The notes beneath the pieces were generated by a model. That model saw only the letters and a program-made list of their open reading frames with translations. It made no database searches and was not told the DNA's origin. Source: Felis catus (Eukaryota). From it: a stretch of DNA of 64,000 nt. Below are positions 1-13,300 of the stretch, piece after piece. The stretch lies in contig NC_058368.1 in assembly GCF_018350175.1 (NCBI RefSeq), forward strand, positions 213,220,001 to 213,284,000. Direction: 5' to 3'. Made by a program: the position numbers and the translations under genes. Within the stretch, counting starts at the first letter, position 1. Every line of letters begins with the position of its first letter.

Positions 1-1878
1 TTAACACTAATATTTTGTCTTGACAGTTTCTTTTTAGCACTCAGATTCCTCTTTTAGTGTTAATTCTCAGAATGTGGCGTAGTGTGACGTAGTGTTCTTG
101 GATTATCTGTAAATCGCCCTTCTAACATGTCTTCTAAAAAAATCTGTATCATCTGATTATTTGAAGAGCAAGAATTAAGAACAGAAAGCCCATGCAGTGG
201 AGAGACTTCAATACCATTTCTAAAATAAGGTTTTTTATGTGTTACCTATTCAGAATAAGAGCAAGTGTCTTTTTTTTTTATGTTTATTTATGAGGGAGAG
301 AGTGGGGGAAGGGCAGAGAGAATCCCAAACAGACTGCATGTTGTCAGTGCAGAGCCCGACACAAATCAAGCCATGAGATCATGACCTGAGCTGAAATCGA
401 GAGTTGGATGCTTAACCGACTTAGCCACCCAGGCAACCCAGGACAAGTGTCTTTTAAGATAACTGAATGCTCATACAAAATATACAATTAAATAACTTAC
501 CTAAAGTGGCCCTGTACTCTTAAAACCAACTTTAACTTCTTTTATCATATATTTCTTTTGACCCTCCTACTCCTTTGGTACCTTCAATGATTTATTAAAT
601 TATATCTTAAAAAAAAATTTTTTTTATCGTTTATTTTTTGAGAGAGAGAGACAGAGACAGAGTGTGAGCGGGGGAGGGGCAGTGACAAGGGAGACACAGA
701 ATCCAAAGCAGGCTTCAGGCTTTGAGCTGTTGGCACAGAGCCCAATGCGGGGCTCAAACCCATGAACCCCAAGATCATGACCTGAGCCGAAGTCAGACGC
801 TCAACCAACTGAGCCACCCACGTGCCCCTAAATTATATCTTAAGTACTGCATACATCTGATGCACTTAGCCAGAAGACTGTTAAATTCCAGAGACTACTT
901 TCCTGGTATATGATTATACTGTATTTAGAAAATATTTATACTATTAAAACTACCCAAGAGCTATGAATTAGATTGACTTAGTTGCTATTTTGGCTAGTTT
1001 GATTAGCAGATAAGCTGTTATTTTTATACACACTTTACAGATATGTATAGATGGATACATAGCTGGCCCTTCAGCTATCATGAATATAAAATTACCTTCT
1101 TGTCTCTAGTTTTCTCCTCAAGTTTTTAGATAGCTCATTTATGTTTTAATACAATAATCTAATTAAAATCAGTTATTACAATTTTAGACCATACGTATTG
1201 TTTATCATCAAAGCATTCTGCTTACTTTACTGCATCTCTTCCTTTCTGTACGTATTCTGTTTAATCATGCTGGTTCCTATCGCCCTTTTCCACTTTACCC
1301 ATTGTTCCTCTACATTTATTCTTTGGAATATTTTATGGTAACCTTTTAAAAGAGCATTTCATATTCCCTTGAAGCTAAAATTTTCCTTGCAGGAGAGAAA
1401 GTATTGATCTCTTAGAAATGCTTATCTTTGACTCTTCATTTTTCTCTGATTATTACTATATTGATAAATCCATCTTTATTATTAGTTCTTTGCTATATGA
1501 GCCCCAGAATGACATGACCATTTAGAATATTGAACAAACTTCATAGTTTATCATACACTCTTCATTTATTAAGGTGGATTTTTGTGTTCCCTCTTGTCTT
1601 GTCTTTGTGCTGGTGCGCTGTGTCCAGTAATCCTCCCTTTTTATTTTGGTGGGTAGGGTTTATATTTGGAGAAACTATTTATTATAAGAGTTTAAATTCT
1701 CCTTTTGATCTTCACATTGGATTATGTAAATTTGTTGAAAATAATTCTCTGGGTACATTAATGTGCCGGTAAACTCTCAAATGGCTCATGTGACACTGAT
1801 GCTACTATAAGGAAGTGTCTTGCTCACCTGGTCAAACACCCATTCCTCACTGCATTTTGCCAATTCAATCCATTTTAG

Positions 1879-1976
1879 ATGTAACCTCGGGTATGGTGAA
1901 AGACCCACCGGACGTCTTGGACAGGCAAAAATGCCTTGACGCTCTGGCTGCTCTACGCCACGCTAAGTGGTTCCAG
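1879..1976 (+). CDS. ZFR: ZFR internal coding exon (fifth from last; exon 16 if human 20-exon numbering applies), 98 nt, DZF domain
   Basis: TTTTAG acceptor (AG 1877-1878), CAG|GTTCGG donor. Encodes (D)[32 protein letters not shown], matching recalled ZFR. Joins the next exon in phase 0. Confidence 0.95.
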
Positions 1977-2739
1977 GTTCGGAACATCATTTTACTTTTT
2001 TCTTGTAGCCTTATGAGAGAGTAGTTCAGTACAACATGTTTAACTGTGCTTAAACATTTCAAAAGATTGCCCAAGCAATACTATTTTAAATTAAATCTCA
2101 GAAAATATGTTAACATAGCTGGGTATGAAGATCTGCATATTGCAGTTACTATTAATTTGACAATAACCTTAGGTTTTGGGGGTGTTTTGTAGTTTGGGTT
2201 TTTTTATTTTCATTTTTAGTAGCTATATTTAAAGTTTACTTGTTTAGGAACATCACATGTTTGTGTATATATATTATATTCCATAAGGCTGCAGATTAAC
2301 TTTTGCTTTAAATAATGGAATATGTGTTTAAAGCTTTGTGTATAGTTTTAAGATTTTTTCCCCCTCTTTCTCTAAGTTAATAAGTGTAGGGAGTGAAAGG
2401 TGAGGAAGAAACTGTTTGGTTTAGTGACTTTGCAGTCATGCAAAGGCACAGAAGGGAAACCAAACAGATTTCCTTAACCTTTCAGTCCCTAGACAAACTT
2501 TTTAGCTCTTTACTTTTTCTTTTATTTCTAATGTAGGCAGATTTTTTTTAAGTTTACTGTTTTAAATGACACAGGTCAAGGTTCACAGGGGATCAAGAAA
2601 TATTATTCTTGTATAATCTGTTTACTTTGACCTAAAATACCAGCTCTTAAATACTAACCCTGGCATAAAATACTGCTGTAAATGGCAGCTCATTGAATCC
2701 AATTTTAAGTGTGATTATTTTTGTTTTATTTTTACCTGA

Positions 2740-2943
<204 letters not shown>

Positions 2944-5865
2944 TAACTTCATGGTGTGAAAAATAAACATTTAGGAAATATTTCTGCAGTTTTTATAATC
3001 TTTTATATTTAGTCATCAACTTTATGTTCACTTGCTAAATATTTCTTTCCTTCTCTAGTGAGAAATCCTAGGGGTCATAGAATATCTAATTTTCTGAGAT
3101 TTTACTATTTGAAGAATTGGACTTGATGTTTCTTTTTGTATCGCGCCCCCCCCCCCTTTTTGCCCTTCTCACAATGTTTATTTTTTAAAATAACAGCAAT
3201 TATTAATTGGCATTTACTTACATAAAGGTACAAAGTTTAAAAATAAGGTATTTATCTCCCTATGCCGTGTTCTGTTGACAACTGTTGACAGTTGTTTTAA
3301 AATAATGTGCAAAAATTTAAAATTTTAAGAATTCAGAAATCTGGGCTTTTCAAAAATGTGTAGAGTTAGGAAATTCAAATAATGCAGAGAGGCACCAAAA
3401 AGTGAAAGTCTAACACTTTGTTGTGGGTTCTTCCAGGAAAAAAAAAAATGCATGCGTATGCATCATATATATTCCTGTTTTTATATATGTAATACTAGTA
3501 TCCCTTTGATGTTGGAGCTTTTTTGGTTCCTCAGTAGCAAGAATTCAGATAGAGAGGGGTTCATCCAAAAATATGACTGGACCTATTGATTCCAGAGTTG
3601 GTTAGTGAGAATTAAATAGCCAGGGTACTTTACTTTTTCTTTTTTTTTTTTTTTTTTTTAATTTTTTTAATGTTTGTTTATTTTTGAGAGAGGGAGAGAG
3701 ACAGAGTGTGAGTGGAAGAGAAGCAGAGAGAGAGGGAGACAACAGAATCTGAAACAGGCTCCAGGCTCCAAGCTGTCTGCACAGAGCCCGATGTGGGCTC
3801 ACAAACTGCCAGATCATGACCTGAGCCAAAGTAGGATGCCCAACCAACTGAGCCACCCAGGCGCCCGAACTTTTTTTTTTTTTTTTAAAGTTTATTTATT
3901 TATTTTGAGAGAGAGAGAGTGCATGCGCGGGGGGGGGGGGGGCAGAAAGGGAGAGGGAGAGGGGGAATCCTAAGCAGGGTCCGCACCAACAGTGCAGAGC
4001 CCAACGTGGGGCCTGATCCCATGAACCGTGAAATCATGACCTGAGCCAAGATCAAGAGTCAGATGTTCAACTGACCCAGGTGCCCCTGGGTTACTTTACT
4101 TCTGTAATTTTTTAAATAAACACAGGGGTGTTTATGCTATTTACATTATTCGGATTTTTCTTAACAAAATGCATCTTGAAACTCTTTGAGAAGGTCACAG
4201 TCAAATCTACCTTATTCTCTGCATTGACTACACGGTATTCCCTTTGTATGGATATGCCAAATTTTATTTAACCTGCATGCATTTGATAGACATTTTGGTT
4301 GTTTGCAGTGTTTTCCCATTAAATCTTCATTATATTGCTATCAAGCTTTTGTTGAGTACTATGTTCATGTGATAAATTGTTAGGGCTAGAATTCCAAGGT
4401 CAAAGAAATGTGCCAATCATTTATCAGAAAGTTGGATCATTGAAAACATCCAAAAACTGTTGGATTGATCATTTCCTTCACACCCTCACTAACTCTGGGA
4501 TATCATCACATTTCTTAACAATATAATAAATACAAAATGGTGTCTCATTTTTTATTTACGTTTTTTAGGGTCAGCTTCAGCTCAACTGGTTACTTCACAT
4601 GTGGTTATTTACATTTCTTTAAGTGAGTTGAGTGATTGCTGGCACTTGTAATTATTTTTTTCTTAATTTGCAGTTCCATTGTTACTCAACATTTCTTAAT
4701 AATTTATATCAACTCTTTTTTATAAGAAAATAGCCCTTATCTGTAACAAAAATTATTTTTTCCAGTTTTTTATCTATTTTTTAACTATATGATCATTTTT
4801 GCTGTATCAGAGTTTTAAAATTTTTGTAAATTCTAATCCATTGATCTTTTATGACTTCTGGGTTTTGCTTATTCTATTTATAAAATCCTCTTGTATTTTA
4901 GGTTATATATTATAGGGCACCTAGGTAGCTCAGTCAGTTAAGCGTCAGACTCTTGATTTTATCTTAGGTCATGATCTCACAGTTCTCGAAGTCAAGCCCA
5001 AAGTCGAGATCTAGCCCAAGGTCGGGCTGCACGCTGACAGGGTGGAGCCTGCTTGAGATTCTCTTTCTTTCTCGCTCTCTGCCTCTCCCCCCCCATCAAA
5101 ATAAATAAACTTTAATTTTTTTTTAACATTTATTTTTGAGAGATAGAGCATGTGCAGGGCAGGGGCAAAGAGAGGGAAACACAGAAACCTAAGCAAACTG
5201 CAAGATCATGACCTGAACCGAAGTCGGATGCTCAACCGACTGAGCCACCCAGGCTCCCCTCGAAATAAATAAACTTAAAAAAAAGTTCACACATGCTTTC
5301 CTCTGAAGCCTCCCGCCGTCCTCCCCACAATCAAATTATATTTTGGGGCACCTGGTGGCTCAGTCGGTTGAGCATCCAGCTCGATTTCAGCTCAGGTCTG
5401 TTCTCACGGTTCATGGGTTTGAGCCCCCATCGGGCTCCCATTGGCAGGTATAGAACCTGCTTGGGATTCTCTCTGTCCCTCCCCCACTCACGCTTGCTCT
5501 CTCAAATAAATTTCTAAAAAATTATGTTTTCCACAAGTGTGTATTACATATTTTTTTAATACATAACAAAAGCTTTGAGAAAGCTATATATCAACTTAAA
5601 ATTAAAGCACTTATCTCTGAGGAGTAAGAGAAAGGGATGATTATAATAGAGATCTGTAATGTTTAATTTTACCAAGACAAAATATACATATATGACTTAA
5701 CACAATTAAAAATAATTTTAAATAAATAATCATTTAAAATCATAAGTGGATTTAGCTAAATGCTTTTACAGACCAATTGCCAATTATTCCAGTATGATTT
5801 AACAATTTAACAGTGAAATCTGTTATCCCAACCCCCAGTTTGAAATACCACCATTATTCATAAAC

Positions 5866-5943
5866 CAGTGGTTCTCATGCAGGGGCAGTTTTGCCCTCCA
5901 GGAGACATTTTCCTTTATCAGTAGTACTGAGGTTGAGAAACTG
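5866..5943 (+). mobile_element. Internally deleted MER20-like hAT-Charlie element
   Basis: Ends CAGTGGTTCTCA...TGAGGTTGAGAAACTG; near-perfect 8-bp TSD TCATAAAC / TCCTAAAC. Confidence 0.75.
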
Positions 5944-6084
5944 TCCTAAACCAGAGTTCCTTTTTTTGTGGGTCCATTTTGGCAGTTGTCTTTTATTACT
6001 CAGTCTGACTGTTTTGTTTTCTTCTATAGTACTAAACTCTTAACTATTAAAGCTTCAGAGTATGTTTAAAAAAAAATTTTTTTT

Positions 6085-6301
6085 TAATTTTTTTTTTTCA
6101 ACGTTTATTTATTTTTGGGACAGAGAGAGACAGAGCATGAACGGGGGAGGGGCAGAGAGAGAGGGAGACACAGAATCGGAAACAGGCTCCAGGCTCCGAG
6201 CCATCAGCCCAGAGCCCGACGCGGGGCTCGAACTCATGGACCGTGAGATCGTGACCTGGCTGAAGTCGGACACCCAACTGACTGCGCCACCCAGGCGCCC
6301 C
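6085..6301 (-). mobile_element. Young feline Can-SINE (SINEC_Fc-like)
   Basis: CpG-rich tRNA-derived head, (CT)n body and A tail; near-identical to the copies at 36000 and 40426. Confidence 0.9.
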
Positions 6302-7803
6302 TAAAAAATTTTTTTTTAATGTTTACCTGTTTATGAGAGAGAACATGAGCAGGAAAGGGGGGTGCAGAGGATCCAAAGCAGGCTCTGTGCTGACAGCGGT
6401 GATCCCTTATAGGCTCTAACCCACAAACCGTGAGATCATAAACTGAGCTGAAATCAGACACTCAAGGGACTGAGCACCCAGGCTATTCTCTGCCCCCGTT
6501 TTATTTCTGCCCCTCATTGTAAACATCATCTTGCACAGAAGAATTTCTCTGGCTTTTCTTATATGTTTGTTTTTCCAAATGAACTTTACTACAGCTTTGT
6601 TCAGTTTCTCCAAAGTTCTCATGATGTTTTTTAAGTAGTACTTCACTGAATTAATAAATTAGTTTGGGGAATATCCCTTTTATAATACTGACTCTTCTTG
6701 GCCGAGAGTATGTGATATCCTGCTTGCTGAAGTTAATTTTACATACCTGCTCAGATTTGAATAGGTTGTATGCATGTTAAATTTTGGTTTGGGTTGTTTG
6801 TTTGTACCTACATATTTAATCTTTTAGAGGTTTTTTTTTTCCTTCCCCCCTTCACATTTTATTTTCCGGTTGTTGTGTATATGAAAGCTATTAACTTTCG
6901 GTATTAATTTTGCAACCTGCCACTTGACTGCATTCCTTTATTTGTAATATTTTTTTTCATATGATATTCTTGGGTTTTCTAATCTTAGAAACATAACTAT
7001 AAATGATATTTTGCCTTCTTTCTCTTTTCTAATTTAATTGATACTTGTAGAATAAATAGGGAATATAATAATACTTTACATGCATGCTATGTTCATACAT
7101 GCATTGAAAATGCTTCTTGGAAAAAGGAAAAAAAGTGCTTCTAGGTGTGAAATGTACTAATTAACATGATGATTAGCCTTTTATTGTAGAGCATGCGACT
7201 ATTGATCTTGGGGTTATAAGTTCAAGCCCCACATTGGGCATGGAACTTAGATGAAAAAAAAAAAAGTAAAGAGGGGCACCTGGGTGGCTCAGTAGGTTAA
7301 GCGTCTGACTCTTGATCTCAGTTCTGGGTTGTTAGTTCAGGCCTCACATTGGGCTCCCCACTGGGCATGAAGCCTACTTAAAAACAAAAAGTAAAAAAAA
7401 GAAGAAGCAGGAATGGAAATTGAACTTTACCAGATAATTTTTCAGGGTTTATTGACCTAAATGTATAGTTTTTCTCCTTTCAGTCTGTTCAATATTGTAT
7501 ATAATACAAATAAATTATCTCATACTGAGCTAGCTTTGCATTCCAGGGGTGATTCTCATATATATGAGAATATTAATGAACTATTAAATTCTGTTTGCTG
7601 ATGGTCTGTTTAGGATTTTTTTTTGGTGATAAAATTTTTTTCTAGTTTTATTTTTATCCTTGTTTTCAGATTTAGAATAAAGAATGCACTAATGGTATAA
7701 AAACAATCTGGAACCTTTTATTCTTTCTCTGAACTCTGAAACAGTTTTAATAGAATCAAACTACTACTGTCATTTGATGATACTGTTTTCCAATCTCTCT
7801 CTC

Positions 7804-8243
7804 TTTTTAATTTAATAAATTTTTATTTTCCAAAATGTTCATTTGGTGAGATCTCTACATGCATGTTCACCAGCAGCTGAGACATCTCCACCCTTGGTGC
7901 TTCTGGTGTAAATTACTTGAGCTCTGTGATTTGAAACCAGTTAGTAAGTTCTTTACTAACCAGCTCCTAAAGGGCTTTCCTGGCCAAGAAAACTCAAATC
8001 TTCAGTCTGAGACAACAGCTGGAGTTAAAACCTTATGGTTGGGAACTTCCTTACAGAGTGTCATATGTTGCTTTGTCGAACAAAACCAGGTTATCTATTG
8101 AGCTTGTCCCAAATTTGGCCTTTGGGCCACTTCTTTTTGGGCCCGATTCGTTCATTGGCCAACTTTGTCTTTTTTGGCCAACTTTCTGCCATCTTTCTTT
8201 TTGTCCTTGGGTGACATTGTGAAGCTCAAAGAGCAGCAGCCAC
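7804..8243 (-). pseudogene. RPS25: RPS25 processed pseudogene, frameshifted
   Basis: ATG at 8217 on -, giving MSPKDKKKD...LVLFDKATYD...KEVPNHK...[23 protein letters not shown] across several indels. Intronless, AATAAA at 7827-7822, degenerate flanking repeat CTGTTTTCCAAT (7783) / CTATTTCCCAGT (8244). Not in the ORF track. Confidence 0.9.
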
Positions 8244-10104
8244 CTATTTCCCAGTGTCTTTCAAGAAATGGGGTAGCATTTTCTCATTTTTTTCTGTTGA
8301 TTAATTAGTCTAATTTTTCTGTCTCCTGAGCTTCATTTTGGCAACTTCCATTTTCCTAGAAAAATTGACCAATTCAGCTAGATATTCAGATTTTTACATG
8401 ATAGAATTTTGCTGTCTCAGGGTTTAAGTACTTGCAGCATCTTTATTATTTTGTTTCTTTGTAATTCTCCTTTTGATTGATCACACTAGCCAACAATTGT
8501 AGTTAGCATATAAGAGCAAAATGAATGAGTGTTTCAGTATTTATATGTGGTCAGAATTCACAAAATTCTTAATATATTTTAATATAAAATTGTATTAAGC
8601 ATTACCTAACTTCATATTTTTTTAACGTTTATTATTGTTGAGAGAAAGAGCAGGGGAGGGGTAGAGAGAGAGGGAAACACAGAATCCGAAGCAGGCTCCA
8701 GGCTGTGAGCTGTCAGCACAGAGCACGGTGGGGGGCTTGAACTCACAAACCCTGAGATCATGACCTGAGCAGAAGTGGGAAGCTTAACTGACTGAGCCAC
8801 CTAGGCGCCCCCAAAATGGTTACTTATTTAGTTTGAGACAGAGAGAGAGCAGGGGAGGGGCAAAGAGAAAGGGAAACACAGAATCCGAAGCAGGCTCTAG
8901 GCTCTGAGCTGTCAGTGCAGAGCCCAGTGCAAGGCTCAAACTTATGAACTACGAGATTATGACCTAAGTTGATATCGAAATCCCAACCAAGTGAGCCACC
9001 CAGGTGCCCCTCAGGTTTTTAGTGTATAAAAATATATGCCCTGTACATCATCATTTTGCTTTCTGCTTCCTTTAACTTCAGTCCTCTCCACCCAGGTGCC
9101 CTTGAGGTTATTTCACCTGATGGCTGATCTTTTGAAATCGTGTACATATAACAAAAATACACCAATTTTTTGATTATTTATAACACACCAGAATGTCAGT
9201 ATTTTGACATTTAAAAATGTCTTATTTAGGCAGTGGTTTACTTTTCATATTATTTTTTCCTGTCCCCAAAGAATCAGCTCCTTGGGTTTATTTGCCAGAT
9301 CTACCATTTTCCTATTTATTTCTAATTTCATCTCTTTATATTTTTTGGGTGGGGGGTTATTTTATTGTTCTTTTACAAACTTTTTGAGATGGGTACTTGT
9401 TTCATTCACTCTCTTTAATTCTAATTCCAGTATAGTTAACATACAGTGTAATATTAGTTTCAGGTGTACAATGGAGTGATTTAACAATTCTATACATCAC
9501 CCAGTGCTCATCAAGACAGGTACACTCCTTAATCCCTATCACCTATTTCACCCATCCCCCCACTCTCATTCACTCTTTAATTATGTAGAGGTTTTAACAC
9601 AGATTTTGGCTATATATGTAATATTTTCTTTTTATTTTCTATGTAATCTGAAATTTGTCTTCACGTGGTCTTTAAGCAAAGAGTAGTTTTGAGGGAATTT
9701 TTGAATTCATTGTGATTGAAGGACGGTTGCTTTTATTTCTGTAAATAAGCTCTAGTTTTTATAGCATTGTAATCTGATAAAGGTATTCTATTTACAGTTT
9801 TTAGAATTTAAAGTTTTGCTTTGCAGTCTGATATATACCATTTTTATAATCTATATGGGCACGTTAAAGAGGTGTTCTCAGTAAGATATTGGGGCACCTG
9901 GGTGGCTCAGCCAGTTAAGGGGACAACTCTTGATTTCGGCTCAGGTCATGATCTTACAGTTCATGAGATTGAGCCCTGCGCCCAGCTCTGTGCTGACAGC
10001 ATTGAGCCTGCTTGGAATTCTCTTTTCTCTGCCTCTCCCCCTGTTCTCCTCTCTCTCTATCCCTCCCTCTCAAAATAAATCAGTATTTTTTAAAAAGTTA
10101 CAGC

Positions 10105-10326
10105 GGGGCGCCTGGGTGGCTCAGTCGGTTAAGCGGCTGACTTCGGCTCAGGTCATGATCTCACGGTCCGTGAGTTCAAGCCCCGCGTCAGGCTCTGTGC
10201 TGACAGCTCAGAGCCTGGAGCCTGTTTCAGATTCTGTGTCTCCCTCTCTCTGGCCCTCCCCTGTTCATGCTCTGTCTCTCTCTGTCTCAAAAAAATAAAT
10301 AAACGTTAAAAAAAAAAAATTAAAAA
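10105..10326 (+). mobile_element. Can-SINE
   Basis: GGGGCGCCTGGGTGGCTCAGTCGGTTAAG head, (CT)n, poly(A); TSD AAAAAGTTACAGC. Confidence 0.92.
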
Positions 10327-13300
10327 AAAAAGTTACAGCAAACAACATTCACTCCTTAGTTCAGTTTAATCATCTTTCTATATTTTTCCTTACATATATT
10401 TTGTCTACTTTGTTTATCCATGGATTGATGAAAGAATTAAAATCCACTATTTCTATTGTGTTTCTGTTTCCTATAGTTTGTGCTTTACTGTTTGTTGCAG
10501 TAATAATTTTGGACATAAACACTTAATATAGTTTTGTCATTGTGAATATGAACCCTTTCCCATTATAAAGGGCCCCCCGTTTTAACATTTTCTGCCGAGA
10601 GTTAATAAGCCTTGTTCATTGATTAATATTGAAACTCTAGTTTTCTTTTCGTCAGCATTTGTCTAGTAGGAGTGTATTTCGTGTTTCCTTTGTTTTCTTC
10701 TGTGCTTTACCATAATTCTTATTCTTTTCTTGTCCTTTTTATGTGTGGATTTTTTTCTTTTTGACTATTGTTGCCCTTCTATTTTATATACTATTCTTAT
10801 TCATCTATCTCTTTTAACAGTTTTAGATAATATCTGCCAACCTCTCACCTATAAAAGCTGAGAAAATGATCACTTATACATCCTCCCCTTACCCCTTCCT
10901 TCTTGGGTTTGTTATTTCTTTTGTTCATTCCATTTATTTCTTTAATGTATTTACACCTGTTTCTTGATTAACTTATCTTAATATATACTGATTCCATTTA
11001 GAAAACAGGTCAATTTACACAGTTACGCGTTTTAAATTTTAAAAGTGTAAAAATAACTACATTTACCTTCTGTAGCCATATTCTGTATGATTGTTTAATG
11101 TTCTATATTTTAATGGTTCAATGCCAACCACTAGGTCTTTTTACTGGGGCTTTGCCTTTTCATTTCCTGATTGACTGCATTTTATCATCAAATAGTTTTT
11201 ATCAAAAGATGTGTAAGTTTTTAAAAATTTCTCACATTTGAGAATCTCTGCCAATCGCCATTACTTTAATGAGAAATTCATTGTTAGGTCACAGTTTTTC
11301 CTCTCTCCATTTTTAGTTTTGCTCCACTGTTTTCCAGCATTGTGTATTGGTAAATCTAAATTCAGCCTAATTTTTTTGCCCTGATGTTTTTTTTACAGGC
11401 TATTGAAAGAATTGTTTCTTTATTCTTCCATATCATTACCTTAACCAAATTATGTCTTGGAATCTATTGTTTAATATCAGCATTTTTTTTTTTTTTTTAA
11501 TCTTTATGTCCTTTTGTCCTGGAGATTTGGTTTTTCTTTCAGTTAGGGGAGAAATAATCTTCCATTATGTCTAATTTTTTTTTTTTAATTTTTTTTAAAG
11601 TTTATTTCTTTTAAGAGGGAGCAGGCCAGGAAGAGAAGCAGGCTCCTTGCTGTCAGCACAGAGCCTGACCAGGACTCAAACTCTCGAACCCTGAGATTGT
11701 GACCTGAGCTGAAATGATGAGTCAGACACTTAACTAACTGAGCCATCCAGGCTCCCCTCTGATTAATAGGATTCTCTATTTTAGGGAAACCAGGTTTCCT
11801 TACGTTGGATTGCCTTTGTCTTGCATATCTTTTATCTTCGTAATTATCTTAAGTCTTGTTCTCTTTCCTCTTGTATCCCTATGATTATCTCTTTGGCAGT
11901 ACCTTGGTTTTTAGTTATGTTGTATTTTTCTTTACTATTTATAATTCATTTATTCTGTAATAATGTTATTTTATGTTTCAGTGTGCTTTATTAGCTCTAA
12001 TCTTGCTTTTCATCTCAACTTTGAGTTCTTAATTTTATTGGCTTTTTGCTGATGAGGTTCTCTCTTACAACTCAGAATGTTAGCAGAGAGATTCTTTCAG
12101 AACAGGTTTTTTGTTGTTGTTGTTAAGTTTATTTATTTTTGAGAGAAAGAGCAGGCAGGGCAGAGAGAGAAAAGGAGACAGAGAATCCCAAGCAGGCCCC
12201 ACACTGTCAGCACAGAGTTGATGCAGGCCTCAAACCCACATAGTGTGAGATCGGACGCTGAACTGACTGAGCCAACCAAGCGCTTCCACAGCAGGTTTTT
12301 AAATTTTTTTTTTTTAATAGACATTAATTTTTTAGAGTAGTTTTTGGATCTTCTGCTCTCACATGTTCACTCCCTCCCTGTCAATATTCCTCACCAGAGG
12401 GGTACATTAGTTACAAGCAGTGAACCTGTATCGACACATCAACATCACTCAGTTCTGAGAATAGATTTTTCATCTCTGTTTTTCATGGTACATTCCACCC
12501 AAATACAGAGATGTCATGTCTAGTTTGTTTTTGTTTTTTCTTCTCCTTAGTTGTCAGTTCGGTTACAAAATTATTTTTGTGCTGAGACATCCAAACAAGA
12601 ATTGTCTTTGAATCTGTCTTTGCCTTTTAAAATCTGTTTCTTTTTCTTCTCCTGTGAGCTCTGCTTTGAGGATTGTTTATTGGAAAGGTATATGGATTTG
12701 CTGTATCCAGCCTTATTCCAGACATAGGCTGTGCTCTCTATTATATCTTGGTTGAATGTGCTGTGCTATTGTGTGAGGTAGATTCCATTGACACATTTCA
12801 GGCTTTAGTGTTCAAACCCAGGGTGGACACCTAGAGCTTTTTTGCCTATGCAGAATCTGCTCTCTTCCCCACCCCTATCCCCACCCCCGCTCCAAGCCTA
12901 TTTACTACCTTCTCCTTGTAGAAACTACTTCCATTTCCCTGAACCAACAGAGTATTTGGGTATGTGATGCCACTTTGGGACACTTGAGAGTTTACAGCCA
13001 TCCTTGGTAATACATTTTTCCTACCCTTACTCCTTTGAAAGATCTTTTTTTTTCTTTTTTATCTACATGTTAGCCAAATGTCTATTTAGAGATAATTAGA
13101 TGTGGATAATTAGGATTCTTCTTGTTCTTTCCTTCCTCCTTTCTGCAAGAGTCTTCAGGATGGTGAATTCTACTCTTTTCCTTTCTCTGTTAAGATGGAA
13201 GGGGAGGTAGAAGGAAAAGGGGTTTTTACATTTAGGAAAATTTCTTCTGGAATTACCTTCAATATGACTTGTTATATCTTTCCAACCTCTCTGGTTGGAG

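Noticed and set aside
10105..10200. tRNA-like A-box/B-box sequences
   Set aside because: These are tRNA-derived SINE heads followed by (CT)n and poly(A), not tRNA genes.
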